From positions 1-64,000 of the forward strand of contig JBEKXF010000004.1 of assembly GCA_049512315.1 (NCBI GenBank): a stretch of DNA of 64,000 bases, given 5' to 3'. The notes beneath the pieces were generated by a model, which made no database searches, had not been told where the DNA came from, and saw only the letters and a list, made by a program, of their open reading frames with translations. This stretch comes from Candidatus Aminicenantales bacterium (GTDB lineage Bacteria > Acidobacteriota > Aminicenantia > Aminicenantales > Saccharicenantaceae). Made by a program: the position numbers and the translations under genes. The number at the start of each line of letters is the position of its first letter. Positions within the stretch are counted from its first letter, which is position 1. Shown here one piece after another: positions 48,185 through 58,446 of this stretch.

Positions 48185-49777
48185 ATGGAACGCGACGAAC
48201 AAAGAAGCCGGCTCCTGCGGTCCACGGCCTCCGTGGCCCTGCCGACGCTCGTCAGCCGGCTGCTGGGATACGTCCGGGACCTCCTTCAGGCTTACTTCCT
48301 GGGCACGGGCCACAGCGCCGACGCCTTCACCATCGCCTTCACCATCCCCAACCTCTTCCGCCGCCTGACGGGCGAGGGGGCCATGACAGCAGCGTTCGTT
48401 CCGACCTTCACGGAGATCAAGGAAAAGGGTGACCGGAAGGAGCTCTGGACGTTCGGCAACGTCTTTTTCTATGATCTCGCCCTGGTGATGGGCCTCGCGA
48501 CCGTCCTGGGGATCGTCTTCGCACCGGGCCTCGTCAAGGTCATCGCCTACGGGTTCAAGGCGACCGAAGGCAAGTGGGCCCAGACGATCGCCATGACCCG
48601 GGTCATGTTCCCCTACCTCTTTTTCATCAGCCTGGCGGCCCTGGCCTCGGCCATACTCAACTCCTTCCGCCGGTTCTTCGTCCCGGCCTCGACGCCGATC
48701 CTGTTCAACCTGGCCGTCATCGCCGGCGCGGCCTTCCTGGCCCGCGGCTCGAAAGAGCCGGCCCGGTTTTTTTGCCTCGGGGTTCTGGCCGGGGGCGTCC
48801 TGCAACTCCTCGTCCAGGTCCCCTTCCTCCGGAAGGAGGGAATGCGGTTCACCTTCGGCCTGTCCTTCAGGCATCCGGCGGTCCGCCGCGTGGCAGGCCT
48901 CATGGTGCCGGGGATCCTCGGGGCGGGCGTCTACCAGGTCAACTTCGCCCTGAGCCGGATGATCGCGTCCGGTTTGGAACGGGGAAGCACGGCCGCGCTC
49001 TATTACTCGTCGAGGATCGAGGAGCTGACCATGGGGCTTTTCTCGATCGCCCTCGCCGCCGCCCTCCTTCCGGCCTTTTCGGAACACGCCGCGGCCCGGG
49101 ACATGCCGGAGATGAAGAGGACTCTGGGCTTTTCCCTCAGACTGACCTCTTTCGTGACGCTTCCCGCCGCGGCCGGGCTCGTCGTCCTCAGCCGGCCGAT
49201 CATCCGGGTCCTCTTCGAGCGGGGGAAGTTCGACAGCGAATCGACGTCACTGAGCGCGGCCTGCCTCCTCTTCTTTGCCCTGGGGCTGCCCTTCGTCTCC
49301 GGGGTGAAAGTGATCGCCCCGGCCTTCTTCTCGCTCAAGGACACGCGGTCTCCCGTCATCGTGGGCGTTGCCGTCATGGCCGTCAACGTCGGCCTGTCGT
49401 TCGCCCTGATGGGCCGCCTCCGCGTCGGCGGCCTGGCCCTCGCCTTGTCGTTGTCACAGGTGGTCAACTTCGCCGCTCTTTTCGTCTGGCTCGAGAAAAA
49501 GATTGGGCCCATGGACAGGCGGGCCCTCGCCGCCACGGCCGGCAAGACCTTGGCCGCCTCGGCCCTGATGGCCGGGGCCCTGCTGCTCTTCCGGCCCGTC
49601 ATCGACGTCGCAACGGCACCTTTTGCCCGGCAGGCGGCGGGATTGGCCGCGGCTATCATCCTGGGTGTTGCCATCTATATCTTGTTCGTCTGGCTCCTCA
49701 GCCCGAAGGAAGCGAAAAGTCTCGTCGGGACCATTCTCCACGCCATGCGGCTACGCGCCCGAAAGGAGGCCGGATGA
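48185..49777 (+). CDS. murJ: Lipid II flippase MurJ (MviN)
   Basis: SRLLGYVRD, ADAFTIAFTIPNLFRRLTGEGA, LFERGKF and DTRSP. Confidence 0.95.
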   Translation: MERDEQRSRLLRSTASVALPTLVSRLLGYVRDLLQAYFLGTGHSADAFTIAFTIPNLFRRLTGEGAMTAAFVPTFTEIKEKGDRKELWTFGNVFFYDLALVMGLATVLGIVFAPGLVKVIAYGFKATEGKWAQTIAMTRVMFPYLFFISLAALASAILNSFRRFFVPASTPILFNLAVIAGAAFLARGSKEPARFFCLGVLAGGVLQLLVQVPFLRKEGMRFTFGLSFRHPAVRRVAGLMVPGILGAGVYQVNFALSRMIASGLERGSTAALYYSSRIEELTMGLFSIALAAALLPAFSEHAAARDMPEMKRTLGFSLRLTSFVTLPAAAGLVVLSRPIIRVLFERGKFDSESTSLSAACLLFFALGLPFVSGVKVIAPAFFSLKDTRSPVIVGVAVMAVNVGLSFALMGRLRVGGLALALSLSQVVNFAALFVWLEKKIGPMDRRALAATAGKTLAASALMAGALLLFRPVIDVATAPFARQAAGLAAAIILGVAIYILFVWLLSPKEAKSLVGTILHAMRLRARKEAG

Positions 49778-50241
49778 AAATCGTGTTGCAGCGGGCTAAG
49801 GAAGCCCGGGTCGAGGTCGAAGGAAATACGGTCGGCCGGATCGGGAAGGGCATCTGCCTCCTCGTGGGGGTCGAGAAGGGCGACTCAGAGGAGGACGCCC
49901 GGCTCCTGGCCAGAAAAGCGGTCGAGCTCCGCATCTTCCCGGACGCCGCAGGAAAGATGAACCTGTCGCTGGCCGACCTCGGCGGCGAGGTCCTGGCCAT
50001 CTCGCAGTTCACCTTGGCCGGGTCGGTCCGGAAGGGCAGGCGGCCGAGCTTCGACGGCGCCGAGGAGCCCCGCCGGGCTGCGGAAATCTTCGACCACTTC
50101 GTGGGTGCCGTCGAAGCCATGGGGATCACCGTCGAGACCGGCGTTTTCCAGGCCCTCATGGACGTCCACATCGTGAACGACGGCCCGGTGACTTTCGTCC
50201 TCGATTCCCGGAAAGGCTCGGGGGCGGGCGAAGAGGGGTGA
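49774..50241 (+). CDS. dtd: D-aminoacyl-tRNA deacylase
   Basis: MKIVLQR, LRIFPD..GKMN, SQFTL, KGRRPSF and NDGPVT. Confidence 0.95.
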   Translation: MKIVLQRAKEARVEVEGNTVGRIGKGICLLVGVEKGDSEEDARLLARKAVELRIFPDAAGKMNLSLADLGGEVLAISQFTLAGSVRKGRRPSFDGAEEPRRAAEIFDHFVGAVEAMGITVETGVFQALMDVHIVNDGPVTFVLDSRKGSGAGEEG

Positions 50242-50339
50242 GAAAACCGGCCGCCGGCCACATCCACGCCGGACAGGGCAAACTCTTTTTGCCGTGAGCG
50301 GACAGGTCTGGCTTGGCCGGGCCTCGGGCCCGACAGATG

Positions 50340-50924
50340 TCAGATGAACCGGACTTCGCTCGCTTTGCGGATGGCCTCTTCGGCGGCCTGCCTCACGCAG
50401 GGATTCGGGTCCTTCTTCAGCCCGACCAGCAGGCCGAGCGCCTCTTCCCCGCCGATCTCCCCCAGGGCCTCGGCAGCCGACCGTCGGATGTCGGCGTTGG
50501 CCGTGCCCTCGAGGGCTTTTATTATTTCGGGGATGGCCGCTTGGGCCCGGTGGATGCCCAGGAGCTTCAGCACGGCGCTCCTGGCGTACCAGGGTGGGCG
50601 CCCGAGCCGGCTGAGGGCCAGGCCGAGATCGAGCGTCCGCTTGCGGGCGAGCTCCAGGAAGACAAAGCCGCGGACCCCTTCGCAGGGATCGCCCAGAGCT
50701 TCCCAGAAGAGCTCCTCCACCCAGGACGCTCTGACCTTGGCGCAGGCCTTGAGGATGCCGAGCCTTCTTTTCTTATCCGGGGTCGCGGCGAGCTTGTGAA
50801 TGAACCGGCCGCAGATGGAGGAAAAGACCGGCGCTTCAGCCGCCGGGCCCGCCGGATGACGTTCGTCCTTGCTCAAAGCCTCCGCGTCTCCTCTGCCTTT
50901 CTTTCGCGCCGGAACATCTGGCAT
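50340..50924 (-). CDS. HEAT-repeat protein
   Basis: IRRSAAEALGEIG and D.NPCVRQAAEEAI repeats. Confidence 0.7.
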   Translation of the reverse strand: MPDVPARKKGRGDAEALSKDERHPAGPAAEAPVFSSICGRFIHKLAATPDKKRRLGILKACAKVRASWVEELFWEALGDPCEGVRGFVFLELARKRTLDLGLALSRLGRPPWYARSAVLKLLGIHRAQAAIPEIIKALEGTANADIRRSAAEALGEIGGEEALGLLVGLKKDPNPCVRQAAEEAIRKASEVRFI

Positions 50925-50946
50925 CGGGCCAGGTCCGGACCGGGCT

Positions 50947-52164
50947 TCAGACCCGGTCCAGGATATGGCCCATCTTCTCTTTTTTCGTTTTCAGGTACCT
51001 GATATTACTGGCGTTGGGCTCGACCTCGAGCGGAACGCGCTCGACGATCTCCAGCCCGTAACCGGCCAGGCCGATGTACTTCCGGGGGTTGTTGGTGATG
51101 AGGCGGATCTTGCGGACGCCCAGGGCCGCGAGGACCTGGGCTCCGATGCCGTAGTCGCGCTGGTCAGCCTTGAATCCCAGCCGGTGATTGGCTTCGACCG
51201 TGTCCGCGCCCTGGTCTTGGAGGGCGTAGGCCCGGACCTTGTTCGGTAGCCCGATGCCGCGGCCTTCCTGGTTCAGGATGTAAAGAACGACACCCTTGCC
51301 CTCTTTTTCGATCATCTCCATGGACCGCCGGAACTGCTCGCCGCAGTCGCAGCGGGATGAGCCGAAGGTGTCGCCGGTCAGGCATTGGGAGTGGGCCCGG
51401 ACGAGCGTGGGCTCGTCTTCCCGGATCTCGCCCTTGACCAGGGCGGCGTGGTGTTCCCTGCTGATCACGTCCTCGAAGAGGAAGAGCCGGAAATGGCCGT
51501 GGCGCGTGGGCATGTCGGCCTCTTCGAGCTTCCGGACCAGGGTTTCGTGGTTCATCCGGTAACGGATGAGGTCGGCGACGGTCAAAACCGGAATGCCCTG
51601 CTCGCGCCCGAACTCGTCGAGCTCGGGCCTGCGGGCCATGGAGCCGTCCTCATTCATGACCTCACAGATGACACCGGCCGGAACCAGGCCCGCCAGGCGC
51701 GCCAGATCGACTGCGGCCTCGGTCTGGCCGGCCCTGGCGAGGACGCCTCCCTCCTTGGCCTGGAGCGGAAAGATATGGCCCGGCCGGGCCAGATCCTCGG
51801 GCTTGGTCCGGGGATCGATGACCGTCAGGACTGTCTTCGCCCGGTCGTAGGCCGAGATTCCCGTTGTGACGTCCTGCTTGGCGTCGATCGAGACCGTGAA
51901 GGCGGTCTGATAACGGGCCGTATTGTCGGCGACCATGAGGGGGAGTTGGAGTTCCTCGAGACGTTCCCTGGTCAGAGGCAGGCAGATGAGCCCCCGGCCG
52001 TGCTTGGTCATGAAGTTGATGATCTCGGGGGTGACCTTTTCGGCTGCGACCATGAGATCGCCCTCGTTTTCCCGGTCCTCGTCATCGACGATGATGATCA
52101 TCCGGCCGGCCTGGATCTCGGCCACGGCCTGCTCGACGGAAATTGTCTTGTCCTTGCCGTCCAT
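50947..52164 (-). CDS. ribBA: Bifunctional DHBP synthase / GTP cyclohydrolase II
   Basis: [40 protein letters not shown] and TNNPRK. Confidence 0.97.
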   Translation of the reverse strand: MDGKDKTISVEQAVAEIQAGRMIIIVDDEDRENEGDLMVAAEKVTPEIINFMTKHGRGLICLPLTRERLEELQLPLMVADNTARYQTAFTVSIDAKQDVTTGISAYDRAKTVLTVIDPRTKPEDLARPGHIFPLQAKEGGVLARAGQTEAAVDLARLAGLVPAGVICEVMNEDGSMARRPELDEFGREQGIPVLTVADLIRYRMNHETLVRKLEEADMPTRHGHFRLFLFEDVISREHHAALVKGEIREDEPTLVRAHSQCLTGDTFGSSRCDCGEQFRRSMEMIEKEGKGVVLYILNQEGRGIGLPNKVRAYALQDQGADTVEANHRLGFKADQRDYGIGAQVLAALGVRKIRLITNNPRKYIGLAGYGLEIVERVPLEVEPNASNIRYLKTKKEKMGHILDRV

Positions 52165-52206
52165 GGTTCTTTAGGTTGGGGATAAAAGCCCGTTCGGGGG
52201 CCCTTG

Positions 52207-52803
52207 TCAGCCCGTTTTCTGTCCCTTGACGAGCCAATTATACACGTATTTTCCGATGATGTCACACTCGAGATTGACCGGGGCCCCGCCGCGGAGACCG
52301 CCCAGGTTTGTCCCTTCCATGGTCAGGGGGACGAGCTCGATGTCCATGGACGACGGGCCGAGCGAGGCGATCGTCAGGCTGACGCCGTTGACCGCTACCG
52401 AGCCCTTGGGGACGAGGAAGGCGCGGATGTCTTTGGGGAAGGACACCGTGATCCTCCGTCCGGGCCCCCTTTCCGCCGTCCGGAGGATCTTCCCGACGGC
52501 GTCGACGTGGCCCGTGACCAGGTGGCCGCTTAGAGGGGAAGCCAGGGTGAGCGGAAGCTCCAGGTTGAGGCGGTCCCGATGCTTGAGGGTCCCCAAGGTC
52601 GTCCGGCCGAGGGTTTCCAGGGACAGGTTGAAGCGGAGGCCGCTCTTCTCCGCGCCGAGGAGGCTCAGGCAGACGCCGTCGACCGAGACGCTGTCGCCGG
52701 GGCGGAGCTTATCCGCGAGGCCGGGCGCCTCGACGAGGAGCTCCTGACGGCCGCGGCGGTAGCCGGAAAAAAGACCCTGGTGGGTGATGATTCCTGTAAA
52801 CAT
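52207..52803 (-). CDS. ribE: Riboflavin synthase
   Basis: MFTGII start, DGVCLS, GHLVTGHVD, KGSVAVNGVSLT and VNLECDIIGKY. Confidence 0.95.
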   Translation of the reverse strand: MFTGIITHQGLFSGYRRGRQELLVEAPGLADKLRPGDSVSVDGVCLSLLGAEKSGLRFNLSLETLGRTTLGTLKHRDRLNLELPLTLASPLSGHLVTGHVDAVGKILRTAERGPGRRITVSFPKDIRAFLVPKGSVAVNGVSLTIASLGPSSMDIELVPLTMEGTNLGGLRGGAPVNLECDIIGKYVYNWLVKGQKTG

Positions 52804-53903
52804 CAGAAATATCCTTCCAGGATGAGGTCGTCCCCGAGGCCGAACGGCCGGAGGCTTTTTAAGGTCAAGGCAGCCCGGACCTTCTCCACGCCCTCTCCCT
52901 GCCAAAGGCCCGGCGCGTTGCGGCCGCCGATGAGCTTGGGGGAGAGGGTGATGAAGATCTTGTCGGCGAGCTTGCGCTCGATGAAGCTCGTGTGAAGTCG
53001 GCTCCCGCCCTCGACGAGAAGGCCCGCGATCTCCCTCTTGCCGAGCTCGACGAGGACGGCTTCGAGGCCGCCGTCTTTCAGGGACCGGCCGAGCCTGACG
53101 ACCTCGACGCCCTTTTTTCCCAAGGCCGCGGCCTTGGCTGAGGAGGCCCCTTCCGCGGCGAAGACGATGATCGGGCCCTGCGCGAGAGTGCCCAGGATTC
53201 TGGCCGAGAGAGGGAACCGCAGCTTTGAATCAAGGATGACGCGGGTGAGCCTCTTTTTGCCCCAGCTCGGGTGGCGAACGGTCAGGCGTGGATCGTCCCG
53301 AAGGAGCGTATTAGCGCCGACCATCAGGGCATCGTATTCCCCCCTCAGGAGATGGATGTAATCTCTCGTCCCGGCCGCGGAGATCCAGCGGGAGTCGCCG
53401 GTCCGGGACGCGGTCTTGCCGTCCAGGCTCAAGGCGGCCTTGAGGGTCACGAAGGGGATCTTTCGGGTGATGTATTTGATATAGATCTCGTTCAGGCGGG
53501 CGTTCTTTTCCCCGAGGAGTCCGACGCCGATGTCGAGGCCCGCCTGCCTCAGCTTCCGGACACCCTTCCGGTGGACGACCGGGTTCGGGTCGTAAGCCGA
53601 GATGACGGCCCTTTTCAAGCCCGCCGCGAGGAGGGTGTCGGCGCAGGGCGGCGTCCGACCCCAGTGGACGCACGGCTCGAGCGTGATGTAAATCGTCGCT
53701 CCCTTTGCCCGGCGCCCGGCTTGCCGCAGGGCCATGATCTCGGCATGGGGCTTACCCGCCTCCTCGTGATAGCCGCACCCGGCGATCTTCCCGTCGCGGA
53801 CAATGACCGAGCCGACGAGCGGGTTGGGGCTCGACCGGCCGAGGGCTTTTTCGGCGAGCCCGTAGGCCATTTCCATGTAGGCGAGATCGAGGGCCTTGTT
53901 CAT
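52803..53903 (-). CDS. ribD: Riboflavin biosynthesis deaminase/reductase RibD
   Basis: PNPLVG, PHAE, TLEPCVHWGRTPPC, SLDGKTA and VEGG. Confidence 0.97.
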   Translation of the reverse strand: MNKALDLAYMEMAYGLAEKALGRSSPNPLVGSVIVRDGKIAGCGYHEEAGKPHAEIMALRQAGRRAKGATIYITLEPCVHWGRTPPCADTLLAAGLKRAVISAYDPNPVVHRKGVRKLRQAGLDIGVGLLGEKNARLNEIYIKYITRKIPFVTLKAALSLDGKTASRTGDSRWISAAGTRDYIHLLRGEYDALMVGANTLLRDDPRLTVRHPSWGKKRLTRVILDSKLRFPLSARILGTLAQGPIIVFAAEGASSAKAAALGKKGVEVVRLGRSLKDGGLEAVLVELGKREIAGLLVEGGSRLHTSFIERKLADKIFITLSPKLIGGRNAPGLWQGEGVEKVRAALTLKSLRPFGLGDDLILEGYF

Positions 53904-54790
53904 GCGAGAAGCGCCTCGACGAATTCGTACGGCGAGAACTCGAGGAGGTCGTCCTCCGATTCGCCGACGCCGATGAAGCGGATCGGGAGGGCCAGCTCGT
54001 CGGCGATCCCGATGACGGACCCGCCCTTGGCGGTCCCGTCGAGCTTGGTCAGGAAGATCCCGGTGAGGCCGGAGAACTTCAGGAATTCCCGGGCTTGAAC
54101 GATGGCGTTCTGGCCGACCGTTGCGTCCAGAACGAGAAGGGTCTCCTGGGGGGCTCCCTCGATCTCCCGGCCGGCCACCCGCCTGATCTTTTCGAGCTCG
54201 CCCATGAGGTTCGTACGGGTGTGGATCCGTCCGGCCGTGTCGAGGAGGAGGACGTCGCCTTCCTGGGCCTTGAACGACCGGACCGCGTCGAAAACGACGG
54301 AGGCAGCGTCGGCGCCGTACCGGCCTTTGACGACGAGGATCCCGAGCCGTCGGCCCCAGAGGACGAGCTGCTCCTGGGCCGCGGCCCGGAAGGTGTCGGC
54401 CGCGGCCATCATCACCTTCTTGCCGGCGCGCTGGTAATAGCGGGCGAGCTTGGCCGTCGAGGTCGTCTTGCCGCCGCCGTTGACGCCGACCATCAGGACG
54501 ACGGTCGGGCCCTGGCTCGCAATCGGCGGCTTCTGGTACCGGGCGAGGACGGCTTCAAGCTCCGCCTTGAGGGCTTTCTCCAGGTCCTGCTCGGAGTCCT
54601 CCTTCCGGGTCTCGGCACGGAGGGACTCGATGATCTTTTCGGTGGTTCCGACCCCGACGTCGGCCAGGATCAGGGCCTCGGCCAGGTCGTCCAGGATCTC
54701 TTCCCTCTGTTTCCCGCTCCGGAAGAGCTGCTCGATTCTCTGGAAGGCCCGGCGGGACCGGGACAATTTCTCGCGGAGGTTGGCGAACAC
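53900..54790 (-). CDS. ftsY: SRP receptor FtsY (NG domain only)
   Basis: GVNGGGKTT, DTFRAAA, DTAGR and TKLDGTAKGG. Confidence 0.96.
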   Translation of the reverse strand: MFANLREKLSRSRRAFQRIEQLFRSGKQREEILDDLAEALILADVGVGTTEKIIESLRAETRKEDSEQDLEKALKAELEAVLARYQKPPIASQGPTVVLMVGVNGGGKTTSTAKLARYYQRAGKKVMMAAADTFRAAAQEQLVLWGRRLGILVVKGRYGADAASVVFDAVRSFKAQEGDVLLLDTAGRIHTRTNLMGELEKIRRVAGREIEGAPQETLLVLDATVGQNAIVQAREFLKFSGLTGIFLTKLDGTAKGGSVIGIADELALPIRFIGVGESEDDLLEFSPYEFVEALLA

Positions 54791-54895
54791 GGTTTAACTA
54801 TTTTATTTTTCAATTGTTTGAAAGTCAATTCCTCCCCCGGACGTCCCCGGCGGCAAATTGTGGAATGCGGATGAATGTGCTAGAGTGAGGAGCCG

Positions 54896-56587
54896 ATGAA
54901 TTCTTCTGTCTGGATCATAGCCCCGGCCCGGCCCGAAGCCGAAGCCCTGGCCGCGGAGCTCAGCCTCTGCCCGTCCATCGCCCAGGTCCTCGTCAACCGC
55001 AAGATCACGACACCCGACGAGGCGAGGTCCTTCCTCTTCGGGACGCTCGATGGGCTCCACGACCCCTACCTGATGAAGGGGATGGCCCAGGCCGTGGAGA
55101 GGATCCGGAAGGCCATCGCCGACGGCGAGAAGATCCTGATCTTCGGCGACTATGACGTCGACGGCGTCCTCTCGGTCGTCATGCTCTTCAAGGCCCTGAC
55201 CTCGCTCGGGGCCAAGGTCGAGTACTTCATCCCCGAGCGGCTGAAGGACGGCTACGGGATCAAGGAACACCACGTGGAGATCCCCGTCGAGCGAGGCACG
55301 AGCCTCGTCATCAGCGTCGACTGCGGGATCAAGGCCGTCGAGTTTACGGCCCAGGCCAAGGCCAAGGGCGTGGACGTCATCATCACCGACCACCACCGGC
55401 CGGGCGAGACGCTCCCGGCCGCCGTGGCCATCCTCGACCCGGTCCTGGAGGACTCGGGCTATCCCGACCGCGACCTCGCCGGCGTCGGGGTCGCGTTCAA
55501 GCTCATCCAGGCCCTCCTCGAGAAGTCCGGGAAGGCCGCGGGCCTGCCCCATTACATGAAGCTTGTTTGCATCGGGACCGTGGCCGACGTGGCCGGCCTC
55601 AAGGGCGAGAACCGGCTGTTCGTGAAATACGGCCTGAAAGGGCTGGGGAGCGTCGCCAACACGGGGCTCAAGAGCCTGATCGAGGCCTGCGGGCTCGGCA
55701 ACCGGAAGATCTCCGAGGGCGACCTCGGCTTCCGGATCGGCCCCCGGATCAACGCCGCAGGCCGGATGGGCATGACGGACCTGGCCGTCCGGCTGTTTTT
55801 CTGCGACACCATCGAGGAGTCTCTGTCCCTCGTCCAGCAGCTCGAGGAACTGAATTCCAAGCGGCAGAGGACTGAGGAGAAGATCTTCGACGCGGCCAAG
55901 GACCTGATCGAGGAAAAATCCCTGGCCCGGAAGTACAAGTGCCTCGTCCTCGGGTGCGAGACCTGGCACCGCGGCGTCATCGGCATCGTGGCCTCGAAGC
56001 TCAAGGACTATTTCCACCGGCCGGTCGTGCTTTTCGCCTACGAAGACGGCAAGGCCTGCGGCTCCGGCCGGAGCATCTCGGACGTCCCGCTCATCGACCT
56101 CCTGGACGAGTGCAAACACCTGTTCCTGAGCTACGGCGGGCACCGCCTGGCCGCGGGCTGCACCTTGCCCGTGGACCGGATGGACGCCTTCAAGGAGGCC
56201 CTCAACGCCCTGGCGGACGCGAGGATCAGCGAGGAGGACCTGAAGAGGAAGATCCGGATCGACGCTCCGCTCGCCTTTTCCGCCGTCGACGGCCGCTTTC
56301 TCGAGCAGTTCTCCCTGCTCTTCCCCTTCGGCGTCGGCAATCCCAAGCCCCTTTTCCTGACCGAGAACGTGGAGATCCTGAGCGACCCGCGGATCCTCCA
56401 GCGGAAGCACCTGAAGTTCCTGGCCCGGCAGAACGGCCGGGTCTTCGAGGCCGTGGGCTGGGACAAGGCGGATTGGTCGCACGTCCTCCGCCGGGGCGGC
56501 CGGGTCGACCTGGCCTACTCGTTGCTTGTGTCGGAGTATCTCGGCGAGCAGAGAGTCAGCCTGTCCATCGAAGACCTGAGAGTCTGA
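54896..56587 (+). CDS. recJ: ssDNA exonuclease RecJ
   Basis: GDYDVDG, VDCG, ITDHH, PRINAAGRM, GSGRS, GGH.LAAG and PFGVGNP. Confidence 0.97.
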   Translation: MNSSVWIIAPARPEAEALAAELSLCPSIAQVLVNRKITTPDEARSFLFGTLDGLHDPYLMKGMAQAVERIRKAIADGEKILIFGDYDVDGVLSVVMLFKALTSLGAKVEYFIPERLKDGYGIKEHHVEIPVERGTSLVISVDCGIKAVEFTAQAKAKGVDVIITDHHRPGETLPAAVAILDPVLEDSGYPDRDLAGVGVAFKLIQALLEKSGKAAGLPHYMKLVCIGTVADVAGLKGENRLFVKYGLKGLGSVANTGLKSLIEACGLGNRKISEGDLGFRIGPRINAAGRMGMTDLAVRLFFCDTIEESLSLVQQLEELNSKRQRTEEKIFDAAKDLIEEKSLARKYKCLVLGCETWHRGVIGIVASKLKDYFHRPVVLFAYEDGKACGSGRSISDVPLIDLLDECKHLFLSYGGHRLAAGCTLPVDRMDAFKEALNALADARISEEDLKRKIRIDAPLAFSAVDGRFLEQFSLLFPFGVGNPKPLFLTENVEILSDPRILQRKHLKFLARQNGRVFEAVGWDKADWSHVLRRGGRVDLAYSLLVSEYLGEQRVSLSIEDLRV

Positions 56588-56595
56588 CGATACGC

Positions 56596-58443
56596 ATGAG
56601 CGCGCGAGCGACCTTCCCGGTGAAATTCGCCCGGATCGCGATCGCCGTTTGCCTGACCGTCCTCTTGGCCGCGGTCGCCTTTCGCCTCATCTCCCGGCGC
56701 CCCCATCCCGTCCGGCCCGTTCCCGAAAAAGCCCTGCCCGAGGTGCAGACGATCGACCGGAAGGAAGGGATCCGGCACCGGGAATACAAGGACGGGAAGG
56801 TCTGGGACAACCTCAGGGCCGACCGCTTCTTCCTCGGTTTGGACGGGCTCAACCATCTGGAAGGCTCTGTCGAGATCTTGGACCACGGCCGGGCGGAGGG
56901 CCGCGAGACCAGGATCTCCGCCGATCATGTCGCTTATGACAAGAAGATGGTCCATTTCAAAATCTCCGGCCGGGTCAAGGTCGCCGCGGAGGGCCTCAGC
57001 TTCGAGTCGGATTCCGTCGAATACGATAAGACGGCCGGGCTCTACCGGACCGACCAGGGAGGCACTTTCACCTCGGACAGGCTCAGCGGCTCGGCGCGGA
57101 CGTTCGTCTATGACGAAAAACGGAACGAGCTCCGGCTTTCCGGCGGCTTCCGCTTCGAAACGGTCGCCGGACCGCCGCCGTCCGGGACCGCCCGGATCAC
57201 CGGCGATTCCCTCGTTTACGCGAGAAGCGAAAAAGCGGGCCGGGCCGAAGGCCGCGCCCGCCTGACTTCGGACGAAGGGGAGGGGGCCTCGACGGTCCTG
57301 CGGTTCAAGCTCTCGGATGACGAGCGAACTTTCGATTCCATGACGTTCGAGAAAGGCGCGAAGTGCGTCTTCGGCGGGCCGGCCCGGCCGGGGCAGCGCG
57401 CCGTCGAAGCCGCGAACATCCGGGTCCTCTCGTTCCCGGGTTCCTCCCGGGTCTCTATCGTCGAGGCGGAAGTGGGCTGCCGGATGTCGCTGGCGGCGCC
57501 GCCGGAGCCGGGCGGCCGTATCGAGGCCGCGGGCCTCCGGCTGAGCTTCGGTCGCGAGGGCGAGCTCGAGGGCTGGACGGCCTCCGGCGGCGTCCGGATG
57601 ACCCTGGAAGAGAAGCCCGGCGGCGAGCGCGATCTCGAGGGTGAGAGCGTCGCCTATTCGGGCCGGCCCGGGCTCCTGACCGTCCGGCCCAGAGAAGGAG
57701 GGACTGCCCGGCTGGAATCCGCCGGATCCCGGATCGAGGCCGCCGCGATCAGCCTCGAGACGAGCCCGGGGAATGCCGTCGCTTCGGGAGGGGTCCGATG
57801 TCTCCTGAAAGCGCGGCCCGACGGGACACCCGTGGGCTTTTTTTCCAAAGACGCCTCTCTCTTTGTCACCTGCCGGAGCCTGAAGTCCTTCGGCGACGAG
57901 CGCCGGCTACATTTTGAGGGGCAAGTCAGGCTCTGGCAGGACAACGGGGCCATCCAGGCGGATGAGATCGACGTCCTCGAAAGCTCGGGAGAGGTGCGGG
58001 GCCGGGGCGGCGTGACGGCCGGTTTTCCCTTCCGGGGCCGGACTCCCTCCGAAGAGCGGAGGATCGAGATCGGCGGGGAGGAGATGACCTTCTCGCCGGC
58101 GGACCGGACGGCTACCTTCCGGGGAGGAAGCCTCGTCCGGACCCCGGACTTCCAGCTGGCCGCCGGGACGGTTGCGGTCAGTCTTGCGGAGGGAAAAACA
58201 GACGTCAAGCGCCTCATCGCAGGCGGGTCCGTCGTTGTCTCCCACGGCCTTTACGAGGGCCGCGGCGGGGAGGCCGTTTACGATCCCGGGGCCGGGACGG
58301 TGGTCCTCACCGGAAGCCCCGTCCTGGTCGAAAAAGGGAAGGGCGATTCCCGGGGAGACAAATTGACTTTTCGCCTGGGCGATGATAGAATCCTCATCGA
58401 AAATAAGGGACAGGGAAGGTCGATCACCGTCGTCAAATCGTGA
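56596..58443 (+). CDS. Long LptC/LptA(OstA)-like beta-jellyroll LPS transport protein
   Basis: Single N-terminal TM, repeated beta-jellyroll-like segments and an LptA-like C-terminus (AVYD...VVLTGSP...RGDKLTF); directly upstream of lptB. Confidence 0.8.
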   Translation: MSARATFPVKFARIAIAVCLTVLLAAVAFRLISRRPHPVRPVPEKALPEVQTIDRKEGIRHREYKDGKVWDNLRADRFFLGLDGLNHLEGSVEILDHGRAEGRETRISADHVAYDKKMVHFKISGRVKVAAEGLSFESDSVEYDKTAGLYRTDQGGTFTSDRLSGSARTFVYDEKRNELRLSGGFRFETVAGPPPSGTARITGDSLVYARSEKAGRAEGRARLTSDEGEGASTVLRFKLSDDERTFDSMTFEKGAKCVFGGPARPGQRAVEAANIRVLSFPGSSRVSIVEAEVGCRMSLAAPPEPGGRIEAAGLRLSFGREGELEGWTASGGVRMTLEEKPGGERDLEGESVAYSGRPGLLTVRPREGGTARLESAGSRIEAAAISLETSPGNAVASGGVRCLLKARPDGTPVGFFSKDASLFVTCRSLKSFGDERRLHFEGQVRLWQDNGAIQADEIDVLESSGEVRGRGGVTAGFPFRGRTPSEERRIEIGGEEMTFSPADRTATFRGGSLVRTPDFQLAAGTVAVSLAEGKTDVKRLIAGGSVVVSHGLYEGRGGEAVYDPGAGTVVLTGSPVLVEKGKGDSRGDKLTFRLGDDRILIENKGQGRSITVVKS

Positions 58444-58446
58444 ACA

